Positions 8,745 through 16,442 of a stretch of DNA of 64,000 bases are shown piece by piece. The notes under the pieces were generated by a model that saw only the letters and a program-made list of their open reading frames with translations, made no database searches and had not been told where the DNA came from. Source of the stretch: Candidatus Nanoarchaeia archaeon (GTDB taxonomy: Archaea > Nanobdellota > Nanobdellia > Pacearchaeales > GW2011-AR1); contig JAQUKY010000001.1 in NCBI GenBank assembly GCA_028718805.1, positions 16,384 through 80,383 of the forward strand. The letters are read 5' to 3'. Each line of letters opens with the position of its first letter. Within the stretch, counting starts at the first letter, position 1. The translations under genes were made by a program, and so were the position numbers.

Positions 8745-9818
8745 ATGGAATTTTGGCAGAGAGTTCACTGGTTTTTTACATCTAAATGCAATGAAAGATG
8801 CAAATTTTGTTTTAAACCTGATTTTGATGAGGGCTCTGCAGATAATGCAAAAACTTTAACAAATATATTAACTAAAAATGATGTTAAAGAAGTTGTTTTT
8901 ACAGGCGGGGAACCTCTTATTTCAAAAAATTTAGATAAGAGTTTAGAGATATTGCGCGATAATAATATTAATACAAGTATTCATACAAATGCAATTTTGC
9001 TGACTTCTGATAGGGTTAGAGATTTAACTTCTTTAGCAGACGAAATAGCAATACCATTAGATAGTATGAATAGAAAAACTCAGGAATATTTAAGAAATGA
9101 AGATTGCCTCAAACAAATTAAAAAAGTTTTTGGGCAATTACAAGATGCTGATGTTAGAATAGGGATACATACTGTTGCTACAGCAATAAACATGAAAGGT
9201 GTTCCTAAAATTTATGATTTTCTCTGCAAAGGAAGATTTGATTATTGGAAGATATATGAGTTTAATCCAAATTTAGTTAAGGATAGGACAAAAAGTGTAA
9301 AAAGATTTTATGAAGTAGAGAAACTTAGTGGAAGACATGCAACAGAGACTGATGGAGGGGTTAGATGTTTGTTTGCTGATTTTTTGTTAATGGAAGAACA
9401 GATGTCCAGATATAAGGACAAAAGAGTAAAATTTGTTGGTTTCAGTGATTATGACAGAGCCCCTTATTTTTTCCTGGATTCTAAAGGAAATGCTTATATG
9501 GCTACCTGGTTTTCCCAGCACAGGAAACCTATTGGAAATTTGCTGAATGAAGGATTCATAAAAGTCAGAGATAGAGCCATTAAAAAATATTCAGAAGGAC
9601 CATTATATGATGAAGATGCTTTTATTGAAACAGAACAAAGCCAGCCTCTTTGGGTCAGGGGTGCCTGGGCTGGAAATTATTTTGATGAAGAATTTGATGA
9701 TCTTGACCCAAAATACCATAATAAATTCAGGCACCTTTCAGAATTATACTTAGACAGGATAAAAAAGCAAGGAGAAGCTCCAAAAGATGCTAAACTTAAT
9801 TATACTATAATTTGTTGA
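8745..9818 (+). CDS. radical SAM enzyme, viperin-like N-terminal signature, no SPASM tail
   Basis: CNERCKFC (CxxxCxxC) and the FTGGEPLI motif. The blocks VHWFFTSKCNERCKFCF, EIAIPLDS, YWKIYEF and YFFLDSKGNAY line up by eye with viperin NYHFTRQCNYKCGFCF, ILAISCDS, RWKVFQ and SYLILDEYMRF. Confidence 0.75.
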   Translation: MEFWQRVHWFFTSKCNERCKFCFKPDFDEGSADNAKTLTNILTKNDVKEVVFTGGEPLISKNLDKSLEILRDNNINTSIHTNAILLTSDRVRDLTSLADEIAIPLDSMNRKTQEYLRNEDCLKQIKKVFGQLQDADVRIGIHTVATAINMKGVPKIYDFLCKGRFDYWKIYEFNPNLVKDRTKSVKRFYEVEKLSGRHATETDGGVRCLFADFLLMEEQMSRYKDKRVKFVGFSDYDRAPYFFLDSKGNAYMATWFSQHRKPIGNLLNEGFIKVRDRAIKKYSEGPLYDEDAFIETEQSQPLWVRGAWAGNYFDEEFDDLDPKYHNKFRHLSELYLDRIKKQGEAPKDAKLNYTIIC

Positions 9819-9829
9819 TTATAATGCCC

Positions 9830-12352
9830 TTAATTTATTTTTATTGCTTTCTTGATTATCTCAAAACCAGACATAACAATAATTCCTGCTAATATGACCA
9901 TTCCCCATTCTTTTAAATTAAGAGATTGAAACAAGAAAAGTTCCCTTAAATAAGGCACATAGATAGTCAATAACAAAAAGACTATTGCTCCTATAACAAT
10001 ATAAATCAGAGCCTTATTTTCCAGTTTGGTTTCTGAAAAAACAGATTCTTTCCATGATAGATTAGCCAGTATCAATACGAGATTAGCAATTATCAGTGTT
10101 GCAAATGCAAGTGTTCTTGCTTCAAGTTCTGTTTTGTTTAAAAATAAAGCAAATTTGAACATTAGTGCGATTATTATCAAGATAAAGATGCCCTGCAATA
10201 TGCTTAACAATACTGTTTTTTTGTTGAATATTTTTTCCTTGGGGTTTCTCGGTTTTCTTTTCATAATATTTTTCTCTTCTTTTCCTGACTCAAAAACAAT
10301 TGAACAGGCTGGGTCAATTATTAATTCTAAAAAAACAATATGAGCTGGAAAGAGAATCAGTGGCCATCCAAAAATGAGGGCTAACAAAGTTATCCCTGCA
10401 ATTGGAAAATGAACAGCAAACACATAGCTCATTGCCTTTCTTATATTATCGAAAATTCTTCTTCCAGTTTTAACGCCTTCTACAATAGAAGAGAAGTCAT
10501 CATCTAAAATAACCATTCCTGATGCTTCTCTTGCCACATCAGTCCCCCTCATTCCCATTGCAATGCCAACATGAGCAGATTTTAATGCCGGAGCATCATT
10601 TACTCCATCTCCAGTCATGACAGTAATTTCCCCATTTGCTTTTAGTGCATTGACTATCCTTAATTTTTGCTCTGGTACAACTCTTGCAAATATGCAGACA
10701 TTAGAAATTCTTTTTTTTAATTCATTATCATCTAATTTATCCAATTCCTGTCCGGTTATTAACTCGCATTCTTTTAGCCCTATCTGCGAGGCAATGTTCT
10801 TTGCTGTTACAGGATAATCTCCTGTTATCATGATTACTTTTATTCCTGCATTATAACATTCTTTTATTGCAGAAGCTACACTTGGCCTGACAGGGTCTTC
10901 AAATCCCAAGAAGCCTATAAAGTTAAAATCAAAGTCATGCACCTCTTCTTTATTATTTAATTTCTTTACTTTTGCTTTTGCAACTCCTATTACTCTTAAT
11001 CCTTCTGAAGCCATTTTCGCAACTTCTTTGAATAATTTTTGCTTTTCTCTTGAATTTAAATGACAAAGTTCTAAAATTGTTTCTGGTGCTCCTTTGGTAG
11101 CAATAACAAATTCTTTTTTTTCTGATTCCCAAACTTCAGAAGTTGCTAATATCTTTCTTGTCAAGGGAAAATCTTTTATTAATTTCCAGGAATCTATTTG
11201 CTTATCAAAACCTATTTTCTGGCTTAAATTCTTAAGTGCTTTTTCCATTGGGTCAAATGGGTCTTTTTGGCTTGCCAATATTCCAGTCTCAATTATCTCA
11301 TAAAAATTTGTGTCTAATTCTTTTTTTGAAAGATCAATAAATTTTCCTTTTGAATAGACTTTTTTTATACTCATTTTATTCATGGTTAATGTTCCGGTTT
11401 TATCAACACAAAGGACAGTTGCAGAGCCCAGCATTTGTATTGCATGCTGTCTTCTTGCCAGGACTTTTTTTCTTGACATTCTCCATGCACCTAATGCTAG
11501 GAATATAGTTAACACAACCGGGAACTCTTCAGGTAAAAGAGACATAGCCAGAGTTATCCCGGTTAGGAAACTTTGCAGCCAAACTTTTCTGGTTAATCCA
11601 TAGATTATAACAACTATTGCGCATAAAAAAAGACCCCAAATTGCAAAATACTTTACTAATGTATTCACTTCAGTTTGTAATGATGTTTTCTCTATTGTCA
11701 GGGTTTGTAGAGATTTGCCGATTTTTCCCATTTCAGTATTCATGCCAATTCCTATAACCTCTGCTATGCAGGTTCCGCTTACAACCAGTGTTCCTGAATA
11801 GAGAAATGGCAGGTCATCTCCGCCCGGTGTGCTTATCTTAGACAAATCCCTTGATTCAGCTTTTCTTACAGGAACAGATTCTCCTGTTAGTAGTGATTCA
11901 TCAACCTGCATATTACTGCAGGATAATATAATAGCATCAGCAGGAACTCTGTCTCCTTCTGAGAGAATTAATATATCTCCTCTGACAACCTCTCTTCCTG
12001 CAATTCTCTTTTTTTCTTTATCCCTTATGACAACTGCTCTTGGGCTTGACAGGTCTCTTAATGCATCCAAGGTTTTTTCAGTCTTGTTTTCCTGGTAAAT
12101 ATTTATTCCTATTATAACAAAGACGCAAAAAAGCAGCATCATAGCTTCTTTTATATCACCTAAAAAAACATAGATTAACCCGCAGGCAATCAAGAGAATA
12201 AACATTGGCTCTTTTAGTACTCCCCACACAATAGAAAAAATATTATTCTTGTTATGGCCAGCAATCTCATTATATCCTTCTGACTTTATTCTCCTGGCTG
12301 CTTCTTTTTCGGTCAGGCCTGTTATCTTGTCATGTTCAAGCTCTAAAACCAT
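9830..12352 (-). CDS. cation-transporting P-type ATPase (type II, Ca2+/cation-like)
   Basis: DKTGTLT phosphorylation motif, TGDGVNDAPAL hinge motif, N-terminal cation-ATPase segment (LTEKEAARRIKSEGYNEI) and multiple TM helices. 840 aa. Confidence 0.9.
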   Translation of the reverse strand: MVLELEHDKITGLTEKEAARRIKSEGYNEIAGHNKNNIFSIVWGVLKEPMFILLIACGLIYVFLGDIKEAMMLLFCVFVIIGINIYQENKTEKTLDALRDLSSPRAVVIRDKEKKRIAGREVVRGDILILSEGDRVPADAIILSCSNMQVDESLLTGESVPVRKAESRDLSKISTPGGDDLPFLYSGTLVVSGTCIAEVIGIGMNTEMGKIGKSLQTLTIEKTSLQTEVNTLVKYFAIWGLFLCAIVVIIYGLTRKVWLQSFLTGITLAMSLLPEEFPVVLTIFLALGAWRMSRKKVLARRQHAIQMLGSATVLCVDKTGTLTMNKMSIKKVYSKGKFIDLSKKELDTNFYEIIETGILASQKDPFDPMEKALKNLSQKIGFDKQIDSWKLIKDFPLTRKILATSEVWESEKKEFVIATKGAPETILELCHLNSREKQKLFKEVAKMASEGLRVIGVAKAKVKKLNNKEEVHDFDFNFIGFLGFEDPVRPSVASAIKECYNAGIKVIMITGDYPVTAKNIASQIGLKECELITGQELDKLDDNELKKRISNVCIFARVVPEQKLRIVNALKANGEITVMTGDGVNDAPALKSAHVGIAMGMRGTDVAREASGMVILDDDFSSIVEGVKTGRRIFDNIRKAMSYVFAVHFPIAGITLLALIFGWPLILFPAHIVFLELIIDPACSIVFESGKEEKNIMKRKPRNPKEKIFNKKTVLLSILQGIFILIIIALMFKFALFLNKTELEARTLAFATLIIANLVLILANLSWKESVFSETKLENKALIYIVIGAIVFLLLTIYVPYLRELFLFQSLNLKEWGMVILAGIIVMSGFEIIKKAIKIN

Positions 12353-12444
12353 AATCGAATTAATTAAATAGCATTTATAAAATTATACAAAAGGGAGGAT
12401 TGTTGGCTAGGTTCTTAGGTTGGAAGTTGAACTATATTTCTTGT

Positions 12445-13101
12445 TTATTTTAAACTAAATCTTTCATAAGTAGTTGTCTTAAATCCTTTGGGACTAAAAT
12501 CAAAATAAGCTACATCAATATTTTTAGGAACACTATTCCCTAATACTGGAGCTTCATTCATTAATTTAAAGAAATCTGTTAGTTCTTCAGGACTTTTTTG
12601 TTCAGCAAATCTATTAGAAGTAATATGAGCTCCCCAAGGCAATCTTAATTGAACGCCATTTCCTTCTGCTGAAGAATAAACATTTTGAGCAACTTCAAGA
12701 AATACCTGATTAGGCATTCCAGCAACAATAACAGTATTTTGGTTGTATAACCATTCTAAATAAGAGATTGTAGGTTTGTTCACAATAAGGGCCCCCCTAA
12801 CAGAATTGCATAGTCTTTCTAAAGTATCTTTTTCAGGAGCAAAATTCCCCTTTATACCTAAATCTGAAATTGTAGTGTGAACAGTAGCAGAATCATAAAC
12901 AATTGCAGGAACAGCTTGAGAAATTCTTCTTGAAAATTCTTCTATTTTTTGAGCTATTTCTAGAGGATGTCTTAAAACTATTAAGTATCCTCCTTGAGAT
13001 TTAGGAATATCTGGTTTTGTTCCTTCATTTTGTAATTTAGAGGTATCTCTAAACTTATCATAAACTTCTTCCTGTTTTCTTAAAAATTCTTGAAATTCCA
13101 C
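12445..13101 (-). CDS. 2H phosphoesterase superfamily protein (LigT / cyclic phosphodiesterase-like)
   Basis: Two H-x-T/S-x motifs (VHTTIS and AHITSN) roughly 85 aa apart. Start codon is GTG. Confidence 0.55.
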   Translation of the reverse strand: MEFQEFLRKQEEVYDKFRDTSKLQNEGTKPDIPKSQGGYLIVLRHPLEIAQKIEEFSRRISQAVPAIVYDSATVHTTISDLGIKGNFAPEKDTLERLCNSVRGALIVNKPTISYLEWLYNQNTVIVAGMPNQVFLEVAQNVYSSAEGNGVQLRLPWGAHITSNRFAEQKSPEELTDFFKLMNEAPVLGNSVPKNIDVAYFDFSPKGFKTTTYERFSLK

Positions 13102-13254
13102 TTTAATTTTTTTCAGAATTAAGTTCTGAAGTAACTATCACCTCATAGAATTAATAAATATCTTCTTTAAAAACTATCTGTTTGTAACTTTTTCTTATTT
13201 GTTGAGGAAAATGTCGTTAAGTTAATCCTTAGAATTAAGTAATCGCGGGGGCGT

Positions 13255-13590
13255 TTAACTAACCTTACTTCCTAATTCCATTGCCCCATCGGGCTGAAGA
13301 AGCTTGACCTCGTTATGGTCATCAGAAACTGCTGCAAGAACCATCCCTTTGCTTTCAATTCCTTTTATTTTTCTTGGCTCTAAATTTGTGAAAACAATTA
13401 TTCTTTTTCCTTCCAGTTCCTGTTTTGTGTAATAAGGCTTAATTCCTGCAACCAAAGTTCTTGTTTCTGTTCCCAGGTCTATTTTTAATTTATAGAGCTT
13501 ATCTGCCCTGGGAATTTCCTCAATTTCAAGTATTTCTGCGACTCTTAAATCAATTTTCTCCCAGTCTGAGAATGAAACTATACCTTCCAT
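13255..13590 (-). CDS. stand-alone tRNA-binding domain protein (Trbp111 / MetRS C-terminal domain-like, OB fold)
   Basis: IDLRVAEILEIEEIPRADKLYKLKIDLGTETRTLVAGIKPYYTKQELEGKRIIVFTNLEPRKIKGIESKGMVLAA matches the Trbp111/EMAP pattern. Confidence 0.85.
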   Translation of the reverse strand: MEGIVSFSDWEKIDLRVAEILEIEEIPRADKLYKLKIDLGTETRTLVAGIKPYYTKQELEGKRIIVFTNLEPRKIKGIESKGMVLAAVSDDHNEVKLLQPDGAMELGSKVS

Positions 13591-13631
13591 GTTATTTTTT
13601 AATCTGTTTAATTTATTTATTAATAATGTTC

Positions 13632-13686
13632 AACTTATAACGCTTGGGCTTCTGTTTTCATAGCGTTAAAGAGTTTTTCTTATTAC
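13632..13686. repeat. conserved intergenic element, family 1, copy A (diverged)
   Basis: AACTTATAACGCTTGGGCTTCTGTTTTCATAGCGTTAAAGAGTTTTTCTTATTAC is alignable with the copies at 15088, 15793 and 61466. Confidence 0.6.
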
Positions 13687-13749
13687 TGATTTTCTCAATA
13701 TGATTTTTAGAATAATTATATTTAAAAAGTCTTTGTTTGTTAGCATTTT

Positions 13750-14313
13750 ATGAAAGACAAACTTAATTTAGCTTGGGTAGAAGATGCACCAAGAATTGTA
13801 GAAGAAAATAATGATTTCTTTTATCCTATAGCAAATATAGATTCATTCAAGGATAGCGAGGGATATTTAGATTTTGTAACTGCAAGAGAACATTTAATCA
13901 AAACTCACCATTATGATGGGATAATTTTAGATGATATGTTCTTAACAAACGATATTTATCCTTCAGACGGAATGGAGGCTGGGGAGCATTTGCTTTGCGA
14001 TATTCGCTCGTATGATATTAATAAAGAAACTCCGGTTATAATCTATGCTACAAGGGGTATGGAAAATCTTATTGAAAGATTTAAAGAACTTGGCGCTAAT
14101 TTTTATTTATGTAAACATTTCCAGATTCTTTCTGATGATATGAAACAAGGAGTTTATACTCTAAATCCCACAAAAAAGTCTTTAGATCTAAAAAATAAAA
14201 TTATTGCAATTCCTAAAAGTTCAGAATATGAAATTAGAGAAACAGCGATTGAACTTATGACCGCAGAGATAATGTTAGAAGGTATGAAAGCAATGCATGC
14301 TTCTTCACCTTAA
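13750..14313 (+). CDS. stand-alone receiver (CheY-like REC) domain protein with C-terminal extension
   Basis: REC landmark residues occur in order: acidic pair (WVEDAP), candidate phospho-Asp (GIILDDMF), Thr (VIIYATRG) and Lys (FYLCKH). Confidence 0.45.
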   Translation: MKDKLNLAWVEDAPRIVEENNDFFYPIANIDSFKDSEGYLDFVTAREHLIKTHHYDGIILDDMFLTNDIYPSDGMEAGEHLLCDIRSYDINKETPVIIYATRGMENLIERFKELGANFYLCKHFQILSDDMKQGVYTLNPTKKSLDLKNKIIAIPKSSEYEIRETAIELMTAEIMLEGMKAMHASSP

Positions 14314-15069
14314 TCTAAATAGTTTTGCCCAGAAACCTCTTTTAATAATTGGTTCTTTATAATCATCTCCTAAAAGTCTTTTTGAGGTTTCAATGTAATG
14401 TCTTGCTGCCTTGCTTTTTGGGTGAGTATGAACTACTGCATTTTTTAAAACCTGGGAGATTTTTACTGCTTCATCTTCTGGGATAATGCCCAGAATAGAA
14501 GTTTCTAACATATCATGTATATTTGCAATTGGCATTTCTGTCCTTACTCCCCTGTATCTTGTTATTATAACTCCTTTTACTGGTTTGTGCATTTCTTCTG
14601 CAAGCTTGATTGTCTTTAAAGCATCTGTTACAGCAGCCATTTCAGGATTAGTTACAATGATAACTTCATCACAAGCCTGCATTACAGACCTTGCTTCTTC
14701 TCCTAATCCTGCAGCAGAGTCTATTAAGACATGATTGGTTAGTTTCTTCAGTTTCCTTATTATATCTATTATTTTTCTATAGTCAACTCTTTCAGTTTCT
14801 TTTAATGATAAAGAGGCAGGGATTATTTTTGTTCCTGATTCATGCTCATAAATAGCATCTTCTAATTTTGCCTGTCCGCTTAAAACATGATTAAGAGTTA
14901 CTGGCACTATTGGAGCACCTAAGTGGATTCCTACATTAGGTGTTGTTAGATTTCCATCTATTATAATTACATCTTCTCCCAAGGAGTTTAGAGAAGTTCC
15001 TAGGTTTATTGTAGTTGTTGTTTTTCCTACTCCCCCTTTTCCAGAAATTATTGCATATACTTTTGCCAT
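14305..15069 (-). CDS. minD: MinD/ParA-family ATPase (archaeal MinD-like)
   Basis: Deviant Walker A ISGKGGVGKTTTTINLG and family-wide similarity (IIDGNLTTPNVG, VLIDSAAG). Confidence 0.85.
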   Translation of the reverse strand: MAKVYAIISGKGGVGKTTTTINLGTSLNSLGEDVIIIDGNLTTPNVGIHLGAPIVPVTLNHVLSGQAKLEDAIYEHESGTKIIPASLSLKETERVDYRKIIDIIRKLKKLTNHVLIDSAAGLGEEARSVMQACDEVIIVTNPEMAAVTDALKTIKLAEEMHKPVKGVIITRYRGVRTEMPIANIHDMLETSILGIIPEDEAVKISQVLKNAVVHTHPKSKAARHYIETSKRLLGDDYKEPIIKRGFWAKLFRLR

Positions 15070-15087
15070 TTTCCCTTAGTTTTTATT

Positions 15088-15156
15088 ATTAGTAATATAA
15101 TATAACTCATACGCTTTAGCTTCTGTTCTCATAGCGCATCAGTGTTGTTTTATTAC
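15088..15156. repeat. conserved intergenic element, family 1, copy B (19 nt upstream of the minD start)
   Basis: ATTAGTAATATAATATAACTCATACGCTTTAGCTTCTGTTCTCATAGCGCATCAGTGTTGTTTTATTAC is near-identical to copy C. Two CTCAT half-sites lie at 15106 and 15128, 22 nt apart. Confidence 0.75.
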
Positions 15157-15216
15157 TAGTAGTGTAATTTATAGATACAGTTTAATGTTTTAAAGCTTTT
15201 TCTATATATTCTTCAC

Positions 15217-15675
15217 TCAATTTTTCTCTGAAAGAAAAAGTTTGGTCTGATTTATAAATCTTTCCAGGATTTCAGAGTATTCTTTGAGTTTTTCCAAGTC
15301 TACCTTGACCTCTTGCCCCCTATACTGAATTTTTAGGCAAACCCCTTTTCTGAACTCACTTTCCTTTGTTTTTTGCAATAAATCTATTAATTTGAACATG
15401 TCATAAATGTCTATGGCTTGTATAATCTCTGGTTTTTTCTTAAATACTTCCCTCATCTCATCAATTTTTAATTTTGGTGCAGTTGGAACTTTTTTGATTA
15501 ATTTTTTCTTTTTTGCTTTGTCCAATAAACCATCTATAGAATAATCTATCATTATCTTCCATCTCTTGATAAGATTAATCATTACATCGCAGGTTTTTGT
15601 GTACTTCAGGCTTACATACAAGAGATGGTCTGCACTTATTTTTTCTTTTATAATTTTTTCTAATACTTCTGACAT
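15217..15675 (-). CDS. hypothetical helical protein (152 aa), paralog of 15900-16370
   Basis: Shares with the neighbour an N-terminal ADHLLYV / ADHMTYV block and a C-terminal V-D-x-x-K-(L/I)-K-E-Y block. Confidence 0.5.
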   Translation of the reverse strand: MSEVLEKIIKEKISADHLLYVSLKYTKTCDVMINLIKRWKIMIDYSIDGLLDKAKKKKLIKKVPTAPKLKIDEMREVFKKKPEIIQAIDIYDMFKLIDLLQKTKESEFRKGVCLKIQYRGQEVKVDLEKLKEYSEILERFINQTKLFLSEKN

Positions 15676-15792
15676 GTTTTACCTTTTTGATATTTCCCTC
15701 TATGGGAAAAAGAGCTAAAAACGGTTTAAACTAAAGGTATGACTTCTATATAAATCCTTCTTTTGAATTATGGGGGTTTTATTCTTTTTCTT

Positions 15793-15860
15793 ATTGGTAA
15801 TATAATATAACTCATGCGTTTTGGCTTCTGTCTCATAGCGTTTTAGTGCTGTTTTATTCC
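15793..15860. repeat. conserved intergenic element, family 1, copy C
   Basis: ATTGGTAATATAATATAACTCATGCGTTTTGGCTTCTGTCTCATAGCGTTTTAGTGCTGTTTTATTCC. CTCAT half-sites lie at 15811 and 15832, 21 nt apart. Confidence 0.75.
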
Positions 15861-15899
15861 TTATTTCCCTGTTTTGTTAGTGATGTTTTTAATAATTAA

Positions 15900-16370
15900 T
15901 TAAACGATTTGAGCTTTTACTTTCTCGTTAACCCGCATTAAAAGCTCTTTTGCCAGGATTAAGTATTCTTTTATTTTGCGGACATCAATAGTCTGAGTTC
16001 CTAGACTCTCTGAAAGTATTATAATCCTGTCCTTTTTGACAAATTCCATTGCACTTTGCTCATGTTTTTTATTTAGTTCCAGGATTTCCAGTATTTTCTT
16101 GACCTGTTCATGGCTTAAGTTATAACTTTTGGCACACTTTGCAAAAGTTCTCATATTTTCCCCATTATCAACATAAAGATGAACTCTTTTGTACAGATAC
16201 TCATAATTCAGTATGGCATTAACACAGTTTCTTATTGACTTATAAATCTCATCAAATATTTTTAGTAAAAGTCTTTGCTCATTGACTAAAGGGAAGGTTA
16301 CATAGGTCATGTGGTCTGCTATCTGCAGGCTTCTGATTGCTTCTTTCAGGTTTTCCTGGTATTTTTCCAT
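15900..16370 (-). CDS. hypothetical helical protein (156 aa), paralog of 15217-15675
   Basis: See 15217-15675. Long ORF with a shared motif pattern. Confidence 0.5.
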   Translation of the reverse strand: MEKYQENLKEAIRSLQIADHMTYVTFPLVNEQRLLLKIFDEIYKSIRNCVNAILNYEYLYKRVHLYVDNGENMRTFAKCAKSYNLSHEQVKKILEILELNKKHEQSAMEFVKKDRIIILSESLGTQTIDVRKIKEYLILAKELLMRVNEKVKAQIV

Positions 16371-16442
16371 GGTTTTGGATGGTATTTTCTATGGAAAAAT
16401 AAGGGAGAAATTGTTAATAAGATTATAGGTAGTAGGAAAACG

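Noticed and set aside
10026-12098. Plus-strand ORFs of 66-105 aa (10026-10343, 10617-10817, 11094-11303, 11382-11603, 11829-12098)
   Set aside because: All lie antisense inside the well-supported P-type ATPase gene. They have Ser/Leu/Phe-rich shadow-frame composition and no motifs.
15088-15156. Reading the family 1 intergenic element as a micro-ORF, a conserved RNA hairpin or a C/D-box sRNA
   Set aside because: On the minus strand, copies B and C each start a short ATG frame, but a 1-nt indel puts them in different frames with unrelated peptides. The UGCGCU/AGCGUA stem of copy B is not preserved in copy C. No RUGAUGA/CUGA box pair is present.
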